Shown one piece after another: positions 51,281-63,300 of a DNA stretch of 64,000 nucleotides. Position 1 is the first letter of the stretch. The number at the start of each line of letters is the position of its first letter. A model generated the notes under the pieces. The model was not told where the DNA came from. It ran no database searches and saw only the letters and a program-made list of their open reading frames with translations. This DNA is from Pristiophorus japonicus (taxonomy: Eukaryota): the NCBI RefSeq assembly GCF_044704955.1, contig NC_091981.1, positions 226,238,001-226,302,000 on the forward strand, written 5' to 3'. The position numbers and the translations under genes were made by a program.

Positions 51281-52279
51281 GGCCCTGAATTAACAGTCAG
51301 AATGACAGCATACTCTCAGAGTCAAGTTCCGACTCCGCATCGGCTTCACTGCACATTTCACATTGAAATCAACGCGCTGGCGAAAAGTTGGGCTAATTGT
51401 CCACCTATTGCGCATTAATTGCCATGAAAATTTTTACAACTGGTGTAAACAGGCGCAGGAGCCTGTTGCACAGTGCAAGGGGAGGGGGTGGGCGGGGGGT
51501 GAGAAAATTGTATTAGTTGGCAGCTGCTGATTGACTTGTTGAGTGTTTCCAGCATTTTCTGATTAGAAATATACTGGCCAGGCAGAAAGCTCTTTTCATG
51601 TAATCTTTCCTGATGAGTTTTTGAACTCAGAAATTAAGCTCAGTTAACACCAGCAATAGGCACTCGATAGATTGGATATCGGTTTAAGGGCAAAGTTTTT
51701 GTGTGCCGATTATTTCTCAACATATTACAATACAAAATCCTACTGGTTTATAGAAACATTTTATACTGGGCTTTACTACTTTATGGGCACAATTCAAATA
51801 ATGGAGTGTCTAATCTAATACTGAATAGGTAAGAACCATTTTTCTAACAAATGCAGTATTATTATTTCCACATAGCTATGAAAGATGTTTGTTCAAATGT
51901 ATCTCTGGCATAACTAAAATATATATACCTATCTTTTTAAATCCCTTCAACCAACATTTCTAATTATGACTGGCTGTTAAACGCTATGTAGATTATAAAT
52001 ATATGCCAGTAGAAAACTTCTGTCTTCTATTGACATATATTTACAATAGCAATCTCTTCTGTTTCTTGATTGGCTGAGACTCAGGAAGTGAAAGGAACAT
52101 TCCCCCATGTGATCCCAGAGTGCATACACACAACAATGCAGCCCTGAGATCCGTGGGCCACTACCCTGCGCACAACACTGTAGCGTCTGATAGCAACTTC
52201 TCAAAGTGGTAAGTGCGGATTTCGTTCGGATATCGGTGGGATACTCCTTAACTGCGCTGCCGACTACGAATTCAAGGCC
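51281..52279. mobile_element. Possible old non-autonomous TIR element
   Basis: Imperfect TIR: GGCCCTGAATTAACAGTCAG versus (reverse complement) GGCCTTGAATTCGTAGTCGG; CpG-richer subterminal arms. Confidence 0.4.
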
Positions 52280-52947
52280 AATGGCTCTGCCTCACAGACT
52301 AGAGAGCCAAATGCGGCAATCCCCTGCTGGTTCAAAATGGGTGTAAAACTAAGCCCAAAATTTTATGCACAACAGGAAACAAAGTCAGTTTTAAGGTGTT
52401 TTACTGTGGTAATTTGAACAATTTTAATAAAATTTATCCTCATTGAGACCTGCACGTTATTTTCTGATTTTTGAATGCAATTTTATGGCATCAGTATAAG
52501 TCACATTAAAAATTGAAAAGCCTCCACAATTGCAGGTTCTTAAGCATGTTGTGCCTAATGTGTATGAATGGCTAGAAATTTTAATTTTCATATTTAAAGA
52601 TGGAACATATGTGTGAGTTCAGCAGTTTCCTTGGGCCCCAATTGTTTATGCAATTTTTGTTTGTTTATGCTCAATCCTATGTTTTGTTGTATGTTAATGG
52701 GTTTGGCTGGTAATTTGGGTGTAAATAGACATTGGCAAAATGCATGCACGAATGGATGTAATTCCGGGTGTAACTTTTTGAATCATACCCCCACAGGAAA
52801 TTCCAGCCCTGAATGATTACTTCTTCCAGGTATTCATGAGAAGACATGAGCAACGTTCCCTTTCCAAACAGATATATCCCAATCAAAATTAAAATCTTTG
52901 AACTAAATGAGATACCATTCCTAAACAAGTTAAATGAGCTCAAAATA

Positions 52948-53395
52948 GGGGTACTGTAGCACTGTGGTTATTCTACTGGACTAGTAGTCCAGAATCCTGG
53001 ACTAATGATCCAAAGACATGAATTCAAATACCACCACAGCAGCGGGGGAATTTAACTTCAGATAATTAAATAAATCTGTAATAAAAAGCTAGTATCATAA
53101 TGGTGACCATGAAACTATTGGATTGGCGTAAAAACCCATCTGATTCACTAATGTCCTTTAGAGAATGAAATCTGCCATTCTTACCTGGTCTCATCTATAT
53201 GTGACTCCAACAGCAATGTGGTTGACTCTTAACTGCCCTCTGAAATGAGTTAGCACTCAGTTATACCAAACTGCTACAAAGAAGTATCATGGATTGCAGC
53301 GGTTCAATAAGGTACCTTCTCAAGGGCAATTAGGGATGGGCAATAATGCTGGCCTTGCCAGCAACACCCACATCCCACGAACAAATGAAAAAAAG
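52948..53395 (+). mobile_element. Full-length tRNA-derived SINE (conserved core resembling MetaSINE) with a LINE-derived 3' tail
   Basis: A-box-like GTAGCACTGTGG and B-box-like GAATTCAAATACC; core TTCACTAATGTCCTTTAG..GAAATCTGCC...GCAATGTGGTTGACTCTTAACTGCCCTCTGAAATG; tail shared with 60262-60365; A-rich end. Confidence 0.75.
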
Positions 53396-53885
53396 CCAAT
53401 AAATCTCCAGGTCGTAAATTGCGGATGAACACCAAGAAGGAGATTTGTGAACAATAACAATCATTATAAAAGAGTTACTGGATACTGGAAGCAGATTGAA
53501 ATCAGGTCAACATAGTACCCATATTCAAAGAGAACAAACAGGCACATGCAACTATAGACCCAGTAGTCTTTCATCAATCCCATGTAAAATAAGGGAATCA
53601 ATTACCAGTTGTAAACTTGAAAATTATCTGTACAATAATAACTTAGTTATCAGCAGTCAACAGAGATTTTGAAGGGGAAAATCCTAGCTAACCAAACTTC
53701 TTTACTTCTTTGAGGAAGTGACAACTTCATGGGCTTCAGAAAACCCTACAATATATTGTACCTAGATTTCCCAAAGACATTTAACAATGTTCCACACAAA
53801 AGGCTATTAGTTAAGCTTAAAAGTGTGGGCATTCAGAGTAAATTCTGGGTATGGTTAATAAATTGGTTGAAGGGTAGAGAACATT
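53396..53885 (+). mobile_element. Old CR1 RT fragment
   Basis: ORF 53729-53911 (ILYLDFPKTFNNVPHKRLL..WLINWL). Confidence 0.75.
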
Positions 53886-54719
53886 GGCCGAGAATTTGCG
53901 GTCAGTGGTGAAGCAATAGCATTCACCGCTGACCTCAAAGAAAGTTGCCCACAAAGATCATTGTGGCATGAATTTCAGCTCTGCCAATTTTAGTTTGAAT
54001 CTGGCAACAAATCAAGTGAATCTCCAGCATTCAGCAACAGTGATGTCATCAAGCTGGCTAAGTAGGCAATCACATTGAAGAATTCTCACAGACAGTAATC
54101 CAGGAAGTATGTCCTAGAATACAGGGTACATACTGGAATATATATAATTTGTTGTTTCAGCATAATTGGATTTTAAGAAAATGAATGATGTATTTGATGA
54201 ATTGTCTCTGAAGCCGTTTAATAGATTGAATTATGCATTGGCATTGCAATCATTGCATTATGAATATGGAGGTGTAATGTCAATACTTTTTGAAATAAGG
54301 CCCATAACCCAATGCTAGCCACTAATTAAACTCCAGTCCTCGTACTGCCAGATAGCTTGTGGCCAAGATCTTTAAAATTCCATTTTGAAATGCCCAATAT
54401 TTGATACTTTGGAAAAATCAAAGCCAAGTCTACACCTCCAAATGGGTTTATTTAGTTCTGCTAATTAATGTGGCTTTCATAAATTAGACTGTCAAGGATC
54501 CTTTTGCACTCTTCAAATAACCAATAAAGCTTTTCATGGCCAGAGAGATTTTATTCCACCAGACTATCAAGATTAGGTATCCAGTACCAGACAGCTAGGA
54601 ATTCCAACACCAGAGATGCACACCTATTACCCAGACTGTAAGAGATTATAGTTAAATAACTATCACTGGACTGCCAGAGGTGATCAGATCACAAGGTAAT
54701 TGTGGATGAGAAAGGCCAT

Positions 54720-55200
54720 GCAATTCATCCAAGTAATCCATCTGGAAATACCCTACAGTGCCTCCATTGCAGCATCCAATTATACTGTAAATGGTTCTGG
54801 GTTTTTGCCTCCACTACTCTATAGTAGGCTGCTCCATGTGTTGAGCATGATTTGTGTGAAGATGAACTTCCTGATATCAATCCTAAATGTTCCTTTTACT
54901 AATTTGAACATTTATCCCTTTCTTACATTTACAATTTAGTTTACAGTAATTTTCTGGATTTATCATTACCATATCTTTTACTATCTTGTAAACCTCTATG
55001 AGATCACCTCTCAGACATCTCCTTTCAAGGGTAAAAAGCCCTACTTTTTCACGTGCTTCTTCGTAAATCATACCTTTGATGCCAGGGACCAGCCTTGTGG
55101 CTTTATTCTACACTGCCTCCAGTGCTAGAATGTCTCTCCTGTACTGCGATGATGAGAACTGCACAACGTAATCAAGGTATGTTGTGACTATACAGTTTCA
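54720..55200 (-). mobile_element. Old CR1 3' fragment
   Basis: ORF 54883-55071 (GLFTLERRCLRGDLIEVYKI). Confidence 0.75.
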
Positions 55201-55444
55201 GCATGACTTCCTTTCATTTGTATTCTATGTTGTATGTCGAGTGTCCAGTCGACAAAGACTCCTAGGTCTACAACGTTACCAACAGAACTGAATGCTAGAA
55301 AGAAAAACACAGCGTAGTGACCTGATCCAAGGAGGGATTAAATGAAATTTGCAAGAAGGTATGATAAGACAAAACTGTTGTTAGCTTGATTTTTCAAAGG
55401 AATGAGACATCACAATGTGTAGATATTAATCTTGCTAATTTGAG

Positions 55445-55545
55445 AACTTGCATTTATATAGCGCCTTTCATGACCTCAGGACGTTCCAATGCGCTTCACA
55501 GCCAATTAAGTACTTTTGAAGTGTAGTCACTGTTGCAATGTAGGT
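55445..55545 (-). mobile_element. DeuSINE-like SINE 3' fragment
   Basis: ACTTGCATTTATATAGCGCCTTTCATGACCTCAGGACGTTCC...AAGTACTTTTGAAGTGTAGTCACTGTTGCAATGTAGG. Confidence 0.7.
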
Positions 55546-56724
55546 AACATTTGTTCGGAAAATAAAAACAATCATTTGAGTCAGTTGAAACATGGTTGGA
55601 CAAAGAGTTACTTTGCTAATCTTTGCTGAACTAATTGCTGCAGACATTTCTACTGTCACAACATAAATTAAATATTTCAAAAGGAAAACTACAGCCCTAG
55701 GTGTGATACATAGTGGATCAGACAATTTGGGCGTCATTAGACACCCTTGAAAAATACAGTTATTGTCTCAGTTTTCCCTTTAAACGTCTCCACCGTGTCT
55801 CTGACATGTAGCAATCGTGGGGATTTATGCAGAGGGATCTAATCCACGGGCTATGCAAAAACCATAAATCACCGACTGAAAATCAATACATCTTGGTCAG
55901 AATGGATTTCTGCGCCCTTGAAATGTAAACCGAGTAAATGAAAATGACAATTTCCCAAAAAGACTTCAGCAATTGAGCAAACACAAAGTGTTTTGTCATC
56001 TCTCGATTGAAGCTGAATCATATTTGAACACATTGATTAATTTCCATTGACTGCACATGAATTATGTTAAGCACGGCATTTAACTTGATCTTAAGTATAA
56101 TTTCTTGTTAAAATCGATTGAGGGTTGAATATCGAACCTGCTTTACGGCGCTTGAAAAAGACACAAAGTACAATATGAACTAAACCCCGTGATGATTTTG
56201 TCCACACGTTTGTGTTAAGAATTCAACTACTTTAAAATTCTTAACTGAAAACAGACAACGCTACGAAGACATAGCAGGTTCGTCAGCACCTGCACAGAGA
56301 AAATATTCTCAATTTGTTTCCGGGTGATTATAATCTAGCCAGGGTTGTTTTGAGTATCGGACCGTCTATATTCTGATTGCAAACAAATTACACCAATAAG
56401 AAAGACACAACTAAATTACTGGGAAATGTGTATTTTACCATAATAACTAACATCCCGTGGTACCTGGAGTATAGATGGTAATTCATATTAAACTTTTTGC
56501 ATTAAAAATGGAGATATGTTCCCAATTTTTTTGTTGATTTCGTCATCACATCCCGCTGAACGTGGCTGGTAGCCAGTTCATTTCCATCGCTACTTCTTTA
56601 GATAATGGTGAGGAAATAGGAATTAAAACAATTGTCGTTTAAGGAGTTGTCTTCTGAGTAGAAAGTTTCTTTTTTTTTGTTCATTCTTGTCAGATCAACT
56701 CCAGCGCCAAAGATCACTTTGCGC

Positions 56725-56835
56725 TACTACACTTGATCTTAGCCAAAAGGCCGAGAGGGGAAACTGCACCATTCCTGGAAACACTGCAATACCAGATCGA
56801 TGTGTGGAGTGGACGGAGCAAGCCCCTGTTCCATC
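56725..56835 (-). pseudogene. RNU2: Rearranged (circularly permuted) U2 snRNA-derived sequence: U2 3' part followed by U2 nt 7-38
   Basis: Reverse complement of 56765-56835 is GATGGAACAGGGGCTTGCTCCGTCCACTCCACACATCGATCTGGTATTGCAGTGTTTCCAGGAATGGTGCA (U2 stem-loops III/IV). Reverse complement of 56725-56756 is TCTCGGCCTTTTGGCTAAGATCAAGTGTAGTA (U2 stem I plus the branch-point pairing GUAGUA). Confidence 0.9.
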
Positions 56836-57397
56836 CCAGGCTGAACCTTAAGCACGCAATACAGTGGATGGTGTGGTATTTCACGGAACGATGTGAATAT
56901 AGTATATACTGTTCACATGAAAGAATGACTGTTCGGTTTAGCCAACCGTCATCAGGGACATTTGATCATTATTAACAAGACAATGGAAAGGAAAGTAGCC
57001 TCGGTGATATAGAGAAAAACACAGTGACTTTATATTCCTTCAGAGTACAAGGTATTTAATAGAAATCATAAAGCTTGAAGCAATTATTAGTTTCTCCGAG
57101 ACTGTTAAGCTTGGAGTAGAGTATTATACTTAGAATAAAATTTCTAAATTGTACTTGGAGTGGAGTTCCATATTGAACTCATCGCCAACAAGAGAGAGCC
57201 TAACCACCGCCCCTTTACATTCAATGAAATTACCATTGCAGAATCCCCCACCGTCAACATGCTGGGGGTCACCATTGACCAGAAACTTAACTGGACCAGC
57301 CACAAAAATACTGTGGCAACAAGAGCAGGACAGAGGCTGGGTATTCTACGGTGAATGTCTCACCTCCTGATTCCTCAAAGCCTTTCCACCATCTACA

Positions 57398-58508
57398 TGG
57401 TAATATATTAACATGGATAGAGGATTGGCTAACTAACAGAAAACAGAGAGTCAGGATAAATGGGTCATTTTCCGGTTGGCAAACGGTAACTAGTGGGGTG
57501 CCGCAGGGATCAGTGCTGGGGCCTCAACTAGTTACATGACTTATATGAAGAGACCGAGTGTAATGTTGCCAAGTTTGCTGATGATACAAAAATGGGTGGG
57601 AAAGCAAATTGTGAGGAGGATACAAAATATCTGCAAAGGGATATAGACATGCTAAATGAGTGGGCAAAAATTTGACAGATGGAGTATAATGTGGGAAAAT
57701 ATGAGGTTATCCACTTTGGTAGAAATAATAGAAAAGCAAATTATAATTTAAATGGAGAAAAATTGCAAAGTGCTGCAATACAGAGGGACCTGAGGGTCCT
57801 TGTGCATGAAATACAAAAAGTTAGTATGCAGGTACAGCAAGTGATCAGGAAGGCAAATGGAATGTTGGCCTTTATTGCAAGGGGAATAGAGTATAAAAGC
57901 AGAGAAGTCCTACTACAACTGTACAGGATATTGGTGAGGCCACGTCTGGAGTACTGCATACAGTTTTGGTCTCCATATTTAAAGAAGGATATACTTGCAT
58001 TGCAGGCTGTTCAGAGAAGGTTCACTAGGTTGATTCCAGAGATGAGGGGGTTGACTTATGATGATAGGTTGAGTAGGTAGGGCCTATACTCATTGGAGTT
58101 CAGAAGAATGAGAGGTGATCTTATCGAAACAAATAAGATAATGAGGGGGCTATACTAGGTGGATGCAGAGGGGATATTTCCACTCTTAGGGGAAACTAAA
58201 ACTAGGGGACATAGTCTCAGAATAAAGGGCCGCCCATTTAAAACTGAGATGAGGAGAAATTTCTTCTCTCAGAGGATTGTAAATCTATGTAATTCTCTGC
58301 TCCAGAGAGCTGTGGAGGCTGGGTCATTGAATATATTTAAAGTGGAGATAGACAGATTTTTGAGCGATAGGGGAATAAAGGGTTATGGGGAGAGGGCAGG
58401 GAAGTTTAGCTGAGTCCATGATCAGATCAGCCATGATCTTATTAAATGATGGAGCAGGCTCGAGGGGCCAGGTGGCCTACTCCTGCTCCTATTTCTTATG
58501 TTCGCATG
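57398..58508 (+). mobile_element. 5'-truncated CR1 nested in the host LINE
   Basis: ORFs 57679-58080 and 58159-58413; TTCTTATG tail; TACA duplicated at 57394-57397 and 58509-58512. Confidence 0.93.
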
Positions 58509-58632
58509 TACAATGCACAAGTCAGGAGTGTGATGGAATACTCTCCACTTACCTGGATGAGTGCCGCTCCGACAACACTCAAGAAACTCGTCACCATCCA
58601 GGACAAAGCAGCCCGCCTGATTGGCACAGCAT

Positions 58633-59719
58633 GCATCATCATCATCATCATAGGCAGACCCTCAGAATCGAGGAAGATTTGCTTCCACTCTAAAAATGAG
58701 TCCTTTGGTGGCTGAACAGTCCAATATGAGAACCACAGTCCCTGTCTCAGGTGGGACAGAATCTCGTTGAGGGAAAGGATGGGTGGGACTGGTTTGCCGC
58801 ACGCTCTTTCCGCTGCCTGCGCTTGATTTCTGCATGCTCTCGGCATTGAGACTCGAGGTGCTCAGCGCCCCCCGGATGCACTTCCTCTACTTAGGGCGAT
58901 CTTTCACCAGGGACTCCCTGGTGACAGTGGGGATGTTGCACTTTATCAGGGAGGCTTTGAGGGTGTCCTTGTAACATTTCCTCTGCCCACCTTTGGCTCA
59001 TTTGCCGTGAAGGAGTTCCGAGTAGAGCGTTTGCTTTGGGAGTCTCGTGTCTGACATGCGAACAATATGGCCTGCCCAGCGGAACTGATCAAGTGTGGTC
59101 AGTGCTTCAATGCTGGGGATGTTGGTCTGGTCATGGATGCTAACATTGGTGCGTCTGTCCTCCCAGGGGATTTGCAGGATCTTGCGGAGACATCGCTGGT
59201 GATATTTCTCCAGTGATTTGAGGTGTCTACTGTATATGGTCCATGTCTCTGAGCCATACAGGAGGGAGGGTATTACTACATCCCTGTAGACCATGAGCTT
59301 GGTGGCAGATTTGAGGGCCTGGTCTTCGAACACTCTTTTCCTCAGGTGGCCGAAGGTTGCACTGGCGCACTGGAGGCGGTGTTGAATCTCGATATCAATG
59401 TCTGCTCTTGTTGATAAGAGGCTCCCAAGGTATGCGAAATGGTCCACGTTGTCCAGGGCCGCGCCGTGGACCTTGATGACTGGGGGGCAGTGCTGTGCAG
59501 TGAGGACAGGCTGGTGGAGGACCTTTGTCTTACAGATGTTTAGCGTAAGGCCCAAGTTTTCGTGTCCTCAGTGAGTACGTTGATTATGACTTGGAGTTCA
59601 GCTTCTGTATGTGCGCAGATGCAGGTATCGTCCGCGTACGGTAGCTCGATGACAGAGGTTGGGGTGGTCTTGGACCTGGCCTGGAGATGACGAAGGTTGA
59701 ACAGGTTCCCACTGGTTCT
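58633..59719 (-). mobile_element. 5'-truncated RTE-clade LINE with (GAT)n tail
   Basis: ORFs 59540-59737 (ELPYADD) and 58998-59555 (GLTLNICKTKV, F.YLGS, LLYGSETW, RWAGHIVRM..RLPK) are typical of RTE; flanked by a 72-bp duplication. Confidence 0.92.
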
Positions 59720-60076
59720 GTGCAGCTCCAACAACACTCAAGAAACTCAACACCATCCAGGACAAAGCAGCCCGCTTGATTGGCACAGCATCCACCACCT
59801 TAAACATTCACTCCCTCCACTCCTGTCGCACTGTGGCTGCAGTGTTTACCATCTACAAGCTGCACTACAGCAACTCGCTAAGGTTTCTTCAACAGCATCT
59901 TCCAAACTTGCAATCTCTACCCACTAGAAGGTGAAAGGCAGCAGACGCATGGGAACACCATCACCTGCAAATTCCTCCAGAAGTCACACACCACCCTAAC
60001 TTGGAAATATATCGGCGTTCCTTCATTGTCGCTGGCTAAAACTCCCTGAACTCCTTACCTAACAGCACTGTGGAAG

Positions 60077-60240
60077 AGCGTGCGGCAAACCAGTCCCACC
60101 CACCACTTCCCTCAACGACTATCTGTCCCAGCCGTGACAGAGTCTGTGGCTCTCGTATTGGACTGTTCAGCCACAAAAGAACTCACTTCAGGAGTGGAAG
60201 CAAGTCTTCCTCGATTCCGAAGGAATGCCTATGATGATGA
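60077..60240 (+). mobile_element. Short RTE 3' fragment
   Basis: Reverse complement of ~58634-58805; GATGATGA tail; TSD TGGAAG at 60071-60076 and 60241-60246. Confidence 0.88.
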
Positions 60241-60372
60241 TGGAAGTACCTTCATGACATTGATTGCAGCAGTTTAAGTAAGTGGCTCACCACCACCGTC
60301 TCAAGGGCAGGATGGGCAATAAATGATGGTCTTGCGAGCATCACCCACATCCCACGAACAAATTTTTAAAAA

Positions 60373-63300
60373 GGTTTCTATATTATACTTGGACTAGGAT
60401 TTCTATATTGTACTTTGAGTGGGGTTTCTGCATTGTACTTGGAGTGGGGTTTCTATATTGTACTTGGAGTGGGGTTTCTATAGTGTACTTGGAGTGGGGT
60501 TTCTATATTGTACTTGGAGTGGGGTTTCTACATTGTACTTGGAGTAGGGTTTCTATATTGAACTTGGAGTGGGGTTTCTGTATTGTACTTTGAGTAGGGT
60601 TTCTGCATTGTACTTTGATTAGGGTTTCTGTATTGTATTTTGAGTGGGGTTTCTATATTGTACTTTGAGTGGGGTTGCTGTATTGTACTTTGAGTGGCAT
60701 TTCTGTCTTGTACTTTGAGTGGCGTGTCTGTATTGTACTTGGTGTGGGGTTTATATATTGTACTTTGAGTGGGGTGTCTGTATTGCACTTTGAGTGGGGT
60801 TTCTGTATTGTGCTTTGAGTGGGGTTGCTGTATTGTACTTGGAGTAGGGTTTCTATATTGTACTTGGAGTGGGGTTTCTATATTTTACTTGCAGTGTGGT
60901 TTCTGTATTGTACTTTGAGAGGGGTTTCTGTATTGTTCTTTGAGTGGGGTTTCTATATTGTACTTGGAGTGGGGTTTATATATTGTACTTTGAGTGGGGT
61001 GTCTGTATTGCACTTTGAGTGGGGTTTCTGTATTGTACTTGGAGTGGTGTTTCTGTATTGTACTTGGGTTGGGGTTTATATATTGTACTTTGAGTGTGGA
61101 TTCTGTATTGTAGTTTGAATGGGGTTTCTGTATTATACTTGGGGTGGGGTTTCTATATTGTACTTTGAGTGGGGTATCTAGATTGCACTTTGAGTGGGGT
61201 TTCTGTATAGTACTTGGAGTGGGGTTTCTATATTGTACTTTGAGTGGGGTTTCTGTATAGTACTTTGAGTGGGGTTTCTGTATTGTACTTTGAGTGGGGT
61301 TTCTGTATTGTACTTGGAGTGGGGTTTCTGTATAGTACTTGGAGTGGGGTTTCTGTATTGTACTTGGGGTGGGGTTGCTGTATTGTACTTGGAGTAGGGT
61401 TTCTATATTGTACTTAGGGTGGGGTTTCTATATTGTACTTTGAGTGGGGTATCTAGATTGCACTTTGAGTGGGGTTTCTGTATTGTACTTGGAGTGGGAT
61501 TTCTGTGTTGTACTTTAAGTGGGGTTTCTAGATTGTACTTTGAGTGGGGTTTCTATATTGTGCTTGGAGAGGGGTTTCTATTATTGTACTTTGAGTGGGG
61601 TTTCTTTATTGTCCTTGCGGTGGGGTTTCTGTATTGTACTTTGTGTGGAGTTTCTATATTGTACTTGGAGTGGGTTTCTATATAGTACTTGGAGTGGGTT
61701 TCTATATAGTACTTGGAGTGTGGTTTCTCTATTATACTTTGAGTGGGGTTTCTGTATTGTACTTTGAGTGGAGTTTCTATGTTGTACTTGGAGTGGGGTT
61801 TCTGTACTGTACTTGGAGTTGGTTTCTATATTGTACTTGGAGTAGGGTTTCTATATTGTACTTTGAGTGTGGTTCCTATATTGTACTTGGAGTGGGGTTT
61901 CTGTATTGTACTTGGGGTGAGGTTTCTGTATTGTACTTTGGGTGGAGTTTCTGTATTGTACTTGGGGTGGGTTTTCTGTATTGTACTTGGAGTGGGATTT
62001 CTGTATTGTACTTGGAGTGGGATTTCTGTATTGTACTTTAAGTGGGGTTTCTATCTTGTACTTTGAGTGGGGTTTCTGTATTGTACTTGGAGAGGTGTTT
62101 CTAATATTGTACTTGGGGTGAGATTTCTGTATTGTATTTGGAGAGGGGTTTCTATATTTTGCTTGGAGTGGGGTTTGTATATTGTACTTTGAGTGGAGTT
62201 TCTATATTGTAATTGGTGGGAATTCTATATTGCACTTGGTGGTGTTTCTATATAGTACTTTGAGTGGCTTTTCTGTATTGTACTTGGAGAGGGGTTTCTG
62301 TATTGTACTTTGAGTGGGGTTTCTATATTGTACTTTGAGTGGGGTTTCTATATTGTACTTTGAGTGGGGTTTCTGCATTGTACTTTGAGTGGGGTTTCTG
62401 TATTGTACTTTGAGTGGGGTTTCTATATTGGACTTTGAGTGGGGTTTCTCTACTTTACTTTGAGTGGGGTTTTTATATTGTACTTTGAGTGGGGTTTCTA
62501 TATTGTACTTTAAGTGGGGTTTCTGTATTGTACTTTGAGTGGGGTTTCTATATAATGCTTTGAGTGGGGTTTCTCTATTATACTTTGAGTGGGGTTTTTA
62601 TATTGTACTTTGATTGGGGTTTCTATATTGTACTTTGAGTGGAGTTTCTATATTGTACTTGGAGAGGGATTTCTGTATTGTACTTGGAGTGTGGTTTCTG
62701 TATTGTACTTTGAGTGGGGTTTCTATATTGTACTTTGAGTGGAGTTTCTATATTGTACTTGGAGAGGGGTTTCTATATTGTACTTTGAGTGGGGTTATTA
62801 TATTGTACTTGGAGTGGGGTTTCTGTATAGTACTTGGAGAGGGGTTTCTGTATTGTACTTTTTGTGGAGTTTCTGTATTGTACTTTGAGTGGGGTTTCTG
62901 TATTGTACTTGCCGTGAGATTTCTGTATTGTACTTGGAGTGGGATTTCTGTATTGTACTTAAAGTGGGGTTTCTATATTGTACTTTGAGTGGGGTTTCTA
63001 TATTGTACTTGGAGTGGGGTTTCTGTATAGTACTTGGAGTGGGGTTTCTGTATTGTACTTGGAGTGGTGTTTCTGTATTGTACTTTGAGTGGGTTTTCTA
63101 TATTGTACTTTGAGTGGGGTTGCTGTATTGTACTTTGAGTGGCATTTCTGTCTTGTACTTTGAGTGGCGTGTCTGTATTGTACTTGGTGTGGGGTTTATA
63201 TATTGTACTTTGAGTGGGGTGTCTGTATTGCACTTTGAGTGGGGTTTCTGTATTGTGCTTTGAGTGGGGTTGCTGTATTGTACTTGGAGTAGGGTTTCTA

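Larger units (their letters stand above)
57180..60372 (+). mobile_element. L2/CR1-group LINE 3' half hosting three younger insertions; segments 57180-57397, 58509-58632, 59720-60076 and 60241-60372
   Basis: The protein reads across the breaks: ...NMLGVTIDQKLNWTSH..RAGQRLGILR / AQVRSVMEYSPLTWMSAAPTTLKKL..IQDKAARLIG...; 3' tail CCCACATCCCACGAACAAAT followed by an A-rich end. Confidence 0.85.

Noticed and set aside
56282-56300. REST/NRSE-like site TCAGCACCTGCACAG
   Set aside because: Spacing is off by one, the GGACAG half-site is missing, and it lies within a decayed Penelope-tail relic.
56725-56835. Functional U2 snRNA gene
   Set aside because: Lacks nt 1-6 and ~39-113 including the Sm site, the segments are in permuted order, and I found no convincing PSE or 3' box.
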